DNA of 62,546 nt from a virus. Its lineage: Duplodnaviria > Caudoviricetes. The position numbers were made by a program, and so were the translations under genes. Location of the stretch: the IMG/VR virus record IMGVR_UViG_3300025013_000127, positions 1 through 62,546 of that record; one strand, 5' to 3'. Of this stretch, positions 29,613 through 38,755 are shown one piece after another (the stretch's first letter is position 1; each line of letters starts with the position of its first letter). The notes under the pieces are model-generated. The model worked only from the letters and a program-made list of their open reading frames with translations. It was not told the DNA's origin and searched no databases.

Positions 29613-30719
29613 ATGGCTGGAGAGGATAGAAAACAGTTTCAGGTGATCAAGGAGGGGTTTGCCCGGGCTACTTTCGGCGGGGCGCTTTCGGGGTGCAGTA
29701 CCGCTTCGGTGGGTGGCGCTATCAAGCTGGCGGCGCTGGAGGATAACGGAGGGTTGGACCCGGCGGAATTTTTCACCACCAACTCTAGGTTGCTCTCGAT
29801 GGCGGTGACGCCTTACCGGAAATTCGACTTTACCCAGGACGGGGTGCTGAAGTCGGCGGTCGGGATGTTCGAGGGGTTGACGCTGTACGCGAACCATCGG
29901 GCGGACGTGAACGACTGGAAGGGGTTGGTCCAGGACTGCGTATGGGACGACAAGAACGACCCCCCCGGGATCAACGCGATGCTGGTGATCGACAAGACGG
30001 TGGACCCGAAGCTGGCGCGCGGGGTTGAGATAAAGGCGCTGCGCAGCGTTTCGGTGACCATCTGGTTCGAGTACCAGCGCTCGCATCCGGATCTCGCCAA
30101 CTTTTACGACCGGCTCGGTGAGGTCGTGGACGGCGCCATGGTGCGTTTTATCGTTACCAAGATCACCCAGGCCGGGGAGGTTTCGATTGTTTGGGAGGGG
30201 GAGGATCCTTTCGCGAAGACGTTTTCTGCGGGGGCTCCGGACGGATCTGACGGATTGGACCGATTTGGAAAATCACAAATTACGGGGGACGAAGAAATGA
30301 AGTTAAGCGCGGGGGTATTGGCGGTGCTCGGCATCGCGGCGGGTGTGGAGCTGACGGGGACGATGATCGAGGAGAAGGTGCTGGCTCTCGGCGCCAGGGC
30401 TGACGCTCTGAAGGCGGACGCGGCGGTCGGGGTGCTTACCTTGAAGGAGGCGCGCGAGCGGGCGGTGACGCTTTACAAGGCCGGCAAGGGGGAGAAGGCG
30501 GTGGAGTCCTTCGTGACTTCCGTGCTGGAGAAGGCGGACCTGGTCACGGCGCGGGCATACTGCCTGGAGTACGAGGGCGAGGTGGAGAAGAGCGTGCCGC
30601 TGGCTTGCCCGAAGTGCGGGGAGAAGCTGAGCCGGCGGAGTTCGGTACCGGAGCCCGCGGGCGGGGAACTCGGCGCCGGCGCCGGAGGCAAGAGGATTGA
30701 GGATTTCAAGGTCGCTTAG
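29613..30719 (+). CDS. Prohead protease/scaffold
   Basis: LYANH, SVSV, EVSIV motifs; helical C-terminal half with CPKC. Confidence 0.75.
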   Translation: MAGEDRKQFQVIKEGFARATFGGALSGCSTASVGGAIKLAALEDNGGLDPAEFFTTNSRLLSMAVTPYRKFDFTQDGVLKSAVGMFEGLTLYANHRADVNDWKGLVQDCVWDDKNDPPGINAMLVIDKTVDPKLARGVEIKALRSVSVTIWFEYQRSHPDLANFYDRLGEVVDGAMVRFIVTKITQAGEVSIVWEGEDPFAKTFSAGAPDGSDGLDRFGKSQITGDEEMKLSAGVLAVLGIAAGVELTGTMIEEKVLALGARADALKADAAVGVLTLKEARERAVTLYKAGKGEKAVESFVTSVLEKADLVTARAYCLEYEGEVEKSVPLACPKCGEKLSRRSSVPEPAGGELGAGAGGKRIEDFKVA

Positions 30720-30781
30720 CTGATGGGCTGAATGGACTTCGTGGACTGCATGGGCCTGAGGGCCAATAAAAGGAGCTTCGT

Positions 30782-31495
30782 ATGTGGGATGTCGGTTTTG
30801 ACGGGATAGGGGTGGAGGTCGCTACGCTGCTTATCGCCGCAGGGATCGTGGCGGCGGATCTGGGCAAGCTGGTGAAGCCGAGCGCCAACGGGACCGTGGA
30901 TCTTTGCGCCGCGGAGGATAACTTCTACGGCGTGATGGTGGGGGTGGACCTGGACGGCAGGATGAACTCGGCTTCGGTGCAGCGAAAGGGTTTCAGAGAG
31001 CTGGCCTACACAGGCGCTCCGGGGCTCGGGTACCAAGAGTTGGTGGCGAACGGGCTGGGCGGCGTGAAGCCGCCGGCGGCGGCGGTCAAGGCGACCTTGC
31101 TCACCGGCGTGGTGGCGAACAATAACGCCCTTACCTGGCTGGCGAAGTGGGCCGGGCTGCCGGGTAACGAGATCAGCTTGACGCTGCTCGACCCGGCGGG
31201 GAATGACCAGGCGCTTTCGGTGGACGTGGTCGGTAGGGACATCATCGTGAGCCTGGCCACGAGCGGCGCCGGTGCGATCGTCTCCACGGGTGCCGAGGTG
31301 ATCGCGGCCATCGAGGCGAGCCCGGCGGCGGATCTGGTGACGGTGGACAATACCGGGGTCTCGACGGGCGCCGCGGCGGTTGTGGCGGTTGCCGAAACGG
31401 ATCTGGCGGGGGGCGCGGACGGCGGCGAGGGGCGCATGCTCTGGGTCGTGAGCAAGGATGCGGGCGCGGGCACGCTGGTGGTGGATCTGGGGTAA
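30782..31495 (+). CDS. Head decoration/cement protein with inserted domain
   Basis: Located between protease and capsid genes; Gly/Ala-rich. Confidence 0.65.
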   Translation: MWDVGFDGIGVEVATLLIAAGIVAADLGKLVKPSANGTVDLCAAEDNFYGVMVGVDLDGRMNSASVQRKGFRELAYTGAPGLGYQELVANGLGGVKPPAAAVKATLLTGVVANNNALTWLAKWAGLPGNEISLTLLDPAGNDQALSVDVVGRDIIVSLATSGAGAIVSTGAEVIAAIEASPAADLVTVDNTGVSTGAAAVVAVAETDLAGGADGGEGRMLWVVSKDAGAGTLVVDLG

Positions 31496-31558
31496 CCCTT
31501 CCCGGACGGATCGGACGGATTTTTTCAACTTGCTTCTTTTCGAGTTTAGGAGACTGAC

Positions 31559-32557
31559 ATGGCCTTTAAATTGGCAAAAGAGATGTACCAGCAGGCGAGG
31601 CTGAAGGGGATGACCTTCTCCGAGCTGCTGGCAGTGGAAAGCCCTTCACCCCAGGCCGGCCTGGATGCATTCGAGTTCGCGCTGTTCGACAGGGACATCA
31701 ACTTGAAGCGGGACACGGTGGAGAAGTTCTACCGGACAACCGAGGATTCCATCCTCTTTCCGGAGTTCATCAACCGCAACGTGCGCATCGGGATCGCCGG
31801 GCTTGGCCGCATGGACCTGACCCTGGATGAGATCATCGCGACCACCACGACCATCGACTCCGGCGTCTATGAGTCGGTCAACGCCGAGTTCGATGCCAAG
31901 AAGATCGACTTCAGGCGGGTCACCGAAGGGGCGCCCTTCCCTACGGTCACGATCTCCACCGGCAAACAGTCCATCAAACTGGCGAAGATCGGCATCGGGA
32001 TGGATGTGACCTACGAGGTGCTGCGCCGGATGAAGCTTCCGCTGCTGGCCATTCACATGCAGTTGATCGGCCAGCGCCTGGCCAAGCGCAACGTGGCCTA
32101 CGGCATGTACAACATCATCAACGGCGACGGCAACGACAACGCGGCTCCCCAGACCGATCCGACGGCGCTCTCCTACGACGCCTTGCTTGATTTCTACCTG
32201 GACATGGAGAACTGGGAGGCGACGGTCTGGGCCGGAAAGAAGGCGCTGCTCAAAGAGGTCTACAAGCTGGACGAGTTCAAGGATCCGCTGCTGTTCGACA
32301 CGGCGAAGACGGGCGATCTGGCCAAGGCGTTCGGCTACAACATCAAGCGTTTCAACTGGACCGAGACCGCCCTGGGCGACGGCATGCTGGTCGCGGTGGC
32401 CAAGAATGCGGCGCTTGAGCTGGTGAAGGAGTCCGGCGCGGAGCTGGTGGAAACGGAAAAGATCATCGACCGGCAGTTCGAAAAGACGGTGATCAGCCAG
32501 GTGATGGGCTTCAGCCGTATCTTCAAGGACGCGGCCACCATCTTCAAGAAGCAGTAG
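31559..32557 (+). CDS. Major capsid protein
   Basis: LFPEFI, VTEGAPFP, K-G-G..TYE; HK97-like layout. Confidence 0.85.
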   Translation: MAFKLAKEMYQQARLKGMTFSELLAVESPSPQAGLDAFEFALFDRDINLKRDTVEKFYRTTEDSILFPEFINRNVRIGIAGLGRMDLTLDEIIATTTTIDSGVYESVNAEFDAKKIDFRRVTEGAPFPTVTISTGKQSIKLAKIGIGMDVTYEVLRRMKLPLLAIHMQLIGQRLAKRNVAYGMYNIINGDGNDNAAPQTDPTALSYDALLDFYLDMENWEATVWAGKKALLKEVYKLDEFKDPLLFDTAKTGDLAKAFGYNIKRFNWTETALGDGMLVAVAKNAALELVKESGAELVETEKIIDRQFEKTVISQVMGFSRIFKDAATIFKKQ

Positions 32558-32560
32558 GCC

Positions 32561-32935
32561 GTGGCTTCGCTCCTGGACATGGTTACGGACAGGCTTCCGG
32601 ATGAGGCGGCGGTTTTCGCCGCCTCACTCGCGAGGAAGATCGAGGAGGCCCAGGCGGACGCGGACCTGGAAGGGACTCCAGAGGATCAGCTCTCTATCCG
32701 GCAGAAATCGCTGGTCGCGGATCTGGCGGCTAAGGCGCTGATCATGCCGGCGATGTCGAAGTACAAGAAGTCGCTGGAGGAGGCCGAGGGTGATGACGCG
32801 GGCAAGGTCAAGTTCACTGACAAGCTGAAATTCCTTCAGGTTATGAAAAAGGATCTGGAGGCATCGATCGCTGAGCGCCGGGCTGCGCTTTCTCAGGCGG
32901 CTGATACGGGCGTGGCGATGATCGTGGTGGAGTGA
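32561..32935 (+). CDS. Head-tail adaptor (putative)
   Basis: Gene position and size. Confidence 0.55.
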   Translation: MASLLDMVTDRLPDEAAVFAASLARKIEEAQADADLEGTPEDQLSIRQKSLVADLAAKALIMPAMSKYKKSLEEAEGDDAGKVKFTDKLKFLQVMKKDLEASIAERRAALSQAADTGVAMIVVE

Positions 32936-32936
32936 C

Positions 32937-33350
32937 ATGGCGGACTTGCTTGATCAAGAGAGTGTTGATGAGTTCCGGGCGGCGATGAGGGACGTGACGG
33001 ACACGTTTCATCAAAGCCCGGTTAAGTTGCTCCGGGCGAATGGCGCTGAGGTGGATCTCCTCGCCGGTGTGAAGGGTGACGATGGCAGCTCGGACGGCGA
33101 GGTCAACGGAGAGCTCCAGGTGCGACAGGAGCGATCGGATCTGGTTGAACGCTGGTCGCTCTCCTTTAACCGAGATTATCTGCTGGAGCGCGGGCTTATC
33201 GATCTGGAGGCGGAACCGGCCCGGCAACTGTTGATCACGATGGAGGATGTGGTGGTTATGAAGGGTCGCCGGTTCGCCATCCTGGCTCTGGTCGACAAGG
33301 GGCTTTTCCGCGGCGTACCGATCCTGGTGCGGTTGCTGGTGGCCAGGTAA
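32937..33350 (+). CDS. Head closure protein (putative)
   Basis: Gene position; beta-rich C-terminus. Confidence 0.55.
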   Translation: MADLLDQESVDEFRAAMRDVTDTFHQSPVKLLRANGAEVDLLAGVKGDDGSSDGEVNGELQVRQERSDLVERWSLSFNRDYLLERGLIDLEAEPARQLLITMEDVVVMKGRRFAILALVDKGLFRGVPILVRLLVAR

Positions 33351-33359
33351 GGGGGCGCC

Positions 33360-33842
33360 ATGGCCAAGTCGGTGCAGTTTTCGGGTGACTGGAAAAGGCT
33401 TCAGGGGGTTTTGGAGCAGGCTGCGCCCAAGCTCAAGAAGGCGAGCCGCCGCACTATCGGACGGCAATTGAAACTGGTCGAGGCTGCGGTGCTGAACCAT
33501 CTGGACAATGATGATCTTGGTTGGGAGGAACTGAGCCCGGCTTATGCTGCAAAGAAGGAGCGGGCCGGGCTCTCCCCGGACACGCTGCGCGCTACCAACC
33601 AGATGTACTCCAACATTACTACGGCACAGGAGTCGGATTACAGCGGCGCCGTGGGGGTGATGAGGGGGGTTAAGACCGCCGACGGCGATGATCTGACCAA
33701 TATCGCCCTGATTCATGAGCAGCCTGAGGACGACGGCAAGGTGATGCCTGCCAGGAAGCTCTGGAAGCCTACTTTCGATGAGATGAAGCCGGGGATCGAG
33801 GCGGCGCTTAAGGGTATTGCCATTGAGGTGTTTACGAAATGA
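33360..33842 (+). CDS. Virion morphogenesis / neck protein (gpG-like)
   Basis: WEELSPAY..K; ALIHE; MPARKLWKP. Confidence 0.75.
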   Translation: MAKSVQFSGDWKRLQGVLEQAAPKLKKASRRTIGRQLKLVEAAVLNHLDNDDLGWEELSPAYAAKKERAGLSPDTLRATNQMYSNITTAQESDYSGAVGVMRGVKTADGDDLTNIALIHEQPEDDGKVMPARKLWKPTFDEMKPGIEAALKGIAIEVFTK

Positions 33843-34495
33843 AGCCTGCGTGCATGACATTTTTGGCGGCGCGCCTTGAGGAGCTGACCTTGAGCGGCGG
33901 TTTGATCCACCCCTTCTCCGCTGATGACGAGGACAGGACGATCTTCTTTAGGGAGTTGCCTACGGATTTCCTGCACGACAGCGACTATGCGGTTTGCTGC
34001 CTGCCGCTGATCGATCGCACGACGAAGCATGGCGCCCTGGTGAAAGCTTCCCGGGACCAGGAGACGAAGTTGTTGTCGACGGTGCGCAGGCGCTACAAGC
34101 GCGAGATAGTTTTTCGCTGCCTGATCTACGGCGCGGCTGACGAGCTTTACGGCACGGAAAACTCCGTCGGGCTGGTTGACCGCTTTGTCGCGGGGGTCGC
34201 GCAATACCACCACATCGCGTCCAGCGACAATTATGCGATCTTGGTCAACCCCCAGGATGCGGCCCCTCCCTGGGACGCGAGGACCGAGATGGACCGCAAG
34301 CTGAAAAAGCCGGCGCTGGCTATCGTGCGTATCCAATTCCAGGGCGGAGTGCAGGTCACCAAAACGATCCCGCTGATCCCCAGTTTCACTATCGTAGAGA
34401 GCGTGTCGAACTCGGTCAGAGATCCACGCCAGGCCATAACCTTTGAGGGCGTTGAGGTTACTTTTGGGGAGGAGGAAGTCACATGGGGAAAATGA
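33839..34495 (+). CDS. Tail completion/terminator protein (putative)
   Basis: Gene position; short C-terminal extension TFEGVEVTFGEEEVTW. Confidence 0.55.
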   Translation: MKPACMTFLAARLEELTLSGGLIHPFSADDEDRTIFFRELPTDFLHDSDYAVCCLPLIDRTTKHGALVKASRDQETKLLSTVRRRYKREIVFRCLIYGAADELYGTENSVGLVDRFVAGVAQYHHIASSDNYAILVNPQDAAPPWDARTEMDRKLKKPALAIVRIQFQGGVQVTKTIPLIPSFTIVESVSNSVRDPRQAITFEGVEVTFGEEEVTWGK

Positions 34496-36465
34496 CATTT
34501 CGTGCAAGTTGCTTGATCGTGTTTTTGATCTGTTCGGCATTTCCGGCTTTTGCTGTGGAGCCGACACCAAAGGTTGACCTGGTGGATATTTTCATCGGCA
34601 GACCTACTGCCTCTACGCCTCTTAATTCAACCGACACAATCCCAATTATACAGGGCGGTGCGCTGAAAAAGATCCGGCCGGCAAACCTAGGTATTGGAAG
34701 TACCGTCACGGGGGAGACGGTTACGACGTTCACCGGTGCCCTGGCAGGCTACGGCGGAAAAATCCAACAGGCCACATCCGCCGACCTCCCGTCTCACAAG
34801 TCCAGGCATGCGACGGGCGGCACGGATGAGCTGACAGCGGCAGACGTCGGGGCTGCTACGGCGGCCCAGGGTGGGAAGGCCGATACGGCTTTGCAGCCCG
34901 CGGCAGCGGCGGCAGCCTATCTGCCTAAAAGTAATCCGGTGGTAACCGATGCCATTACCTCGCCTGATTTTATCAGTAGCGCCCCGGACGGAGCACATTA
35001 CGTGCTGCCGTATAACTCTGTGGCATTTTCCGGCACTCCCGCAGAGGGGATGATTCAGACCACGCCGACCGGCCTCGAGGTCTACCTCGACGGAGCATGG
35101 GGGGCTGTGAGCGGGACGCCTTATGACGATACGGCGCTTTGGGATGAGTTCCAACTCTACCTGCTGACTACCGACTTCCAGGCGCTGGAGCTTGAACAAG
35201 CTGCGCGGTTCACCAACTTAAGTACGTCCTATTATGACTATAAAGCCGCAACGACTGTGAGCTTCAGCAACATGTCGTCAATGCTGAATAACTTGAAGGT
35301 TGCCATGAATAACTATGGCGTCGACACAACGCCTCCGGTGCTTACGCGGGTCTCGCCCGTGGATCTGGCGGCGACATCATTCGAGAACGCGCTTATTTTT
35401 GAGTATGTGGTGGCGGATCCCCAGGGACTCCATGAGCTGACGCCTCTCACCTATGCTTTCAACGGTGGTCCTGCTACCGCCCTGGTCTCCGGTTTGCCCA
35501 GCGCCCCGGAATCGGCACCTGAAGCGAATACCGCTTATCCTTGGACCGTCACGGCGCTTAACGCGGCTGGTATGACGACAACGGAGAGCGGAACATTTGC
35601 TTACATTACACCTGTCGCTTCGGTCGACCCCGCAACGCTTGCATTCGGCAATGTCTCAACCGGCAGCACTCGCATACTGACCGCGTCGCTTTCCAATGCG
35701 GGGATGGCTGATCTTGTCGTTGGAACTGCCGAAATCACTGGAACAGATGCCAGCTATTTCAGTCTCTCGGCCGATGCTTGCAGCGCGGCTACTGTCGCGC
35801 CGGCTGGAGAGTGTTTGACAAGTGTCATGTTCACGCCTGGCGTTGTTGTTGGGGGGCCGTACTCCGCGCAACTTGAGTTCCCTCATAACGCTGGGGCGCC
35901 GACTATGGTTGCGTTGAGTGGCACGGCAATACTTGGTGCTGTTCTGTACTCAGATGATTTCACCAGAGCCGACGCAAACCCGATTGGCGGTAACTGGGCG
36001 ACGCTCGGCACGTACGCCGGACTTCAACTGCTTAACAACTCCGTTGTTTCTGCTACGGTCGCAGCAGACGGCGTGGCGTATTACAACCAGCCAGTATCCG
36101 ATGATCAATTCTCTGAGTTCACGTTCGGGACGGCTACCGGAGGTTATACATACACCGGTCCTATGATCAGGTCAGGATCAAACGCAAAAGCGCACTATAA
36201 AATGTATTACAACGCCTCCACGGTATTCGTCCAATACATAACTTCCACAGGTTCGATAGGCGCGACGTTGTATTCTGCGGCCCATGCAGCACCGTCAACT
36301 GGTACAAAATACAGGCTTGAGGCTACGGGCAGTACTATTTCTGCTTACATAAATGATGTGCTGTTTTCCAGTTCGACAAGCACAGCGCTTACCACCGGGT
36401 ATCCGGGCATTCATCTGTACTCCACCACCAACCCCGGCACGTATTGGCGCGGAGGTAACCTGTGA
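34492..36465 (+). CDS. Signal-peptide protein with fibre-like motifs, Ig-like and lectin-like domains
   Basis: Signal ...CSAFPAFA; HKSRHATGGTDELTAADVGA; LAFGNV..G Ig-like block; DDFTRAD C-terminal beta domain. Confidence 0.75.
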   Translation: MTFRASCLIVFLICSAFPAFAVEPTPKVDLVDIFIGRPTASTPLNSTDTIPIIQGGALKKIRPANLGIGSTVTGETVTTFTGALAGYGGKIQQATSADLPSHKSRHATGGTDELTAADVGAATAAQGGKADTALQPAAAAAAYLPKSNPVVTDAITSPDFISSAPDGAHYVLPYNSVAFSGTPAEGMIQTTPTGLEVYLDGAWGAVSGTPYDDTALWDEFQLYLLTTDFQALELEQAARFTNLSTSYYDYKAATTVSFSNMSSMLNNLKVAMNNYGVDTTPPVLTRVSPVDLAATSFENALIFEYVVADPQGLHELTPLTYAFNGGPATALVSGLPSAPESAPEANTAYPWTVTALNAAGMTTTESGTFAYITPVASVDPATLAFGNVSTGSTRILTASLSNAGMADLVVGTAEITGTDASYFSLSADACSAATVAPAGECLTSVMFTPGVVVGGPYSAQLEFPHNAGAPTMVALSGTAILGAVLYSDDFTRADANPIGGNWATLGTYAGLQLLNNSVVSATVAADGVAYYNQPVSDDQFSEFTFGTATGGYTYTGPMIRSGSNAKAHYKMYYNASTVFVQYITSTGSIGATLYSAAHAAPSTGTKYRLEATGSTISAYINDVLFSSSTSTALTTGYPGIHLYSTTNPGTYWRGGNL

Positions 36466-38417
36466 TTCGGCTGGTTTGCGCGGTACTTCTCACGCTGATC
36501 CCCCTGGTCTCTTGGGCAGACCCTTTGGTCAAGGGCAACAACATGGTTTATCAGGGGGCGTTCAGGATACCCGTTGGAGATTTCGGGAGCCCGCTCTATA
36601 CAGGTTTTTCGTATGGTGGCGGAGCTATAGCGTTCAACGATTCGTCACTGTTCATGACCGGCAATATCCAGAAGCAGCTTGTTGCTGAAATCAGCACACC
36701 CACGCCGAAAATACCAAACAGCCCTACGGATCTCAGCAACTTGAACTATGCGACCGTAATGCAGAATTTTTCCGACATAACCGAGGGAAACAGGACAAAA
36801 ATAGGCATTGATGGCACGGCGGTCACCGGTGGGGAGGCTTACATCGGAGGTCTGTTGAAATACGGCAGTAAGTTGATAGGGACAGTTTATACCTACTACC
36901 CTGGAACCCATGCCTACCTGTCGCACTTTACATCGGGGACGGCTCTCGCCACGACAGGCGATTATGCCGGGATGTACGCGGTCGGAGAGTCGCCGTCAAC
37001 CCCTACTGCCAGTTTCGTCTCTGGATGGATGACGAAGGTCCCGGGCGATCTGCAGTCGGCTCTAGGAGGCCCAGCCTTAACGGGGAACGGTTCCTTATCT
37101 ATTTTGAGTCGGACCTCCTATGGCCCTGCCGCGTTTGCGTTTGACCCAGACAGGCTCGGCATTGATACACCTGTCGCAGCGACACCCTTGATTTATTATG
37201 ACCAGTCTCATCAAACATTTGGCACAACCTCTACGAGTGGAGTTTGGAACGACACGACCAAAATGGCTGGCATCGCCATGGTGGAAGGCAGCCGAAGCGT
37301 TCTCTTCTTCGGCTACCACGGAACGGGCCCGCGAGAATATGGCCAGTGGGCTACAGACCCGATTTTTGCCGACACATGCCGTGCTCCAGATGAGTGCATT
37401 ACAGGCCCGAAGGGATGGCCTATATGTGCCGACATGAACAATTGCACGACAGGGCGCAAAGGCATCCCCTATGATAATGACCCTAGATGTGCTGCATCTG
37501 GGAGTGATGGCTGCTATTACGATCCAACAGGTATGGGAGCGAAGGGCCCCCACGCGTATCCTTATGTTTATCAGGTGTGGGCCTATGATGCTGATGAGTT
37601 GGCTCTGGTCAAAAACGGCACCAAGCAACCATGGGAGGTTCAACCCTACGCGCAATGGAATCTGCCGTTTGAAGTTGTCCCTACCAACCTGTTCGGAGGG
37701 GCCGCCGCGTATGATGCTGCAACCGGGAGGTTGTTTATTGTGCAACCTCAAGGTGACACTATAGGTACGAACAAGATGCCCTTGGTCCATGTGTTCCAAA
37801 TGGACATGGCAGCATCGATTGCTGCTTCATACCAGATAAAAGCTAGAGTCATGCTGCTCAAGGGCTCGCTGACGCTGCAAAATAATGCCGGTGGCAGTCT
37901 TGTTGTAAGCGCCGCGAATCGATCAACAACACAAATAGTAACACTGCCATCCACTGTCGCTCCTTCAGGCACTTATAGTGTTACCGTCGCGGACCAGCCT
38001 GCCAACCAAACCTGCACCGTCCTCAATGGTTCCGGAACCGTGGACGCAAATACGGATATAACGAACATCGTGGTTACCTGTGAAGGTTCGGGCGAGACGA
38101 CGGCAGCCGATACCACCGCCCCTGCGACAACAGCATCCCCGGTAGGCGGCACGTACATCCTCGCCCAATCCGTAACTCTCTCGGCAAATGAGCCTGCGAC
38201 CATCTACTACACCATGGACGGCAGCACTCCGACAACATCCAGTTCTGTCTATTCCGCTCCGCTCGTTATAGCGGCGTCGACCACGATTAAATATTTTGCC
38301 AGGGACACGGCGGGGAATAGTGAGGCGGTCAAGACGACAACATATTTTATTGGTCTGGGCCCGACAGTGGGCGCGACAGTGGGCGCGGCTGCTAGGTTCA
38401 GTGCCGGGATGAGGTAG
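36462..38417 (+). CDS. Signal-peptide protein: Cys-rich propeller-like domain, Ig-like domain, CHB_HEX_C/FN3-associated domain
   Basis: Signal ...IPLVSWA; YQGAFRIP; QPANQTCTVLNGSG; TIYYTMDGSTPT. Confidence 0.8.
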   Translation: MIRLVCAVLLTLIPLVSWADPLVKGNNMVYQGAFRIPVGDFGSPLYTGFSYGGGAIAFNDSSLFMTGNIQKQLVAEISTPTPKIPNSPTDLSNLNYATVMQNFSDITEGNRTKIGIDGTAVTGGEAYIGGLLKYGSKLIGTVYTYYPGTHAYLSHFTSGTALATTGDYAGMYAVGESPSTPTASFVSGWMTKVPGDLQSALGGPALTGNGSLSILSRTSYGPAAFAFDPDRLGIDTPVAATPLIYYDQSHQTFGTTSTSGVWNDTTKMAGIAMVEGSRSVLFFGYHGTGPREYGQWATDPIFADTCRAPDECITGPKGWPICADMNNCTTGRKGIPYDNDPRCAASGSDGCYYDPTGMGAKGPHAYPYVYQVWAYDADELALVKNGTKQPWEVQPYAQWNLPFEVVPTNLFGGAAAYDAATGRLFIVQPQGDTIGTNKMPLVHVFQMDMAASIAASYQIKARVMLLKGSLTLQNNAGGSLVVSAANRSTTQIVTLPSTVAPSGTYSVTVADQPANQTCTVLNGSGTVDANTDITNIVVTCEGSGETTAADTTAPATTASPVGGTYILAQSVTLSANEPATIYYTMDGSTPTTSSSVYSAPLVIAASTTIKYFARDTAGNSEAVKTTTYFIGLGPTVGATVGAAARFSAGMR

Positions 38418-38466
38418 TACACGGGGCATATTAACAAATTAACAATCATGATTAAGGGAGGACGCT

Positions 38467-38715
38467 ATGAGCGCCAATGGGAAAAAAGGGTTAGATGAAA
38501 AACCGATCAACATGATGGCTCCTAGGGCCGCGGCAAGGGAGGTCCAGCTGCAGCCGTTGGAGGAACTGGCGCGTGAGCGCGGGGTGCCGGCGCATGCGCT
38601 GGCGGGCATGTGCCGGGCTTATGGCTGGGCCGAGGGGAAGCAAGTGAGCGCGGAGGAGTTCGACGCGAAGGTGATCGCCTACCGCGTGCGTCCCATGGGG
38701 AGCGGCAGAAGCTAA
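38467..38715 (+). CDS. Small phage protein preceding the sheath gene
   Basis: GGAGG RBS; position. Confidence 0.65.
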   Translation: MSANGKKGLDEKPINMMAPRAAAREVQLQPLEELARERGVPAHALAGMCRAYGWAEGKQVSAEEFDAKVIAYRVRPMGSGRS

Positions 38716-38755
38716 GGACGTGCAGGGTCAAGGGTGAATTCTAGGAGGTTCGGCG

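Noticed and set aside
38358-38389. 12-bp tandem repeat GGGC(C/G)CGACAGT
   Set aside because: A short in-frame duplication encoding a GPTV/GATV tail; probably slippage with no independent function evident.
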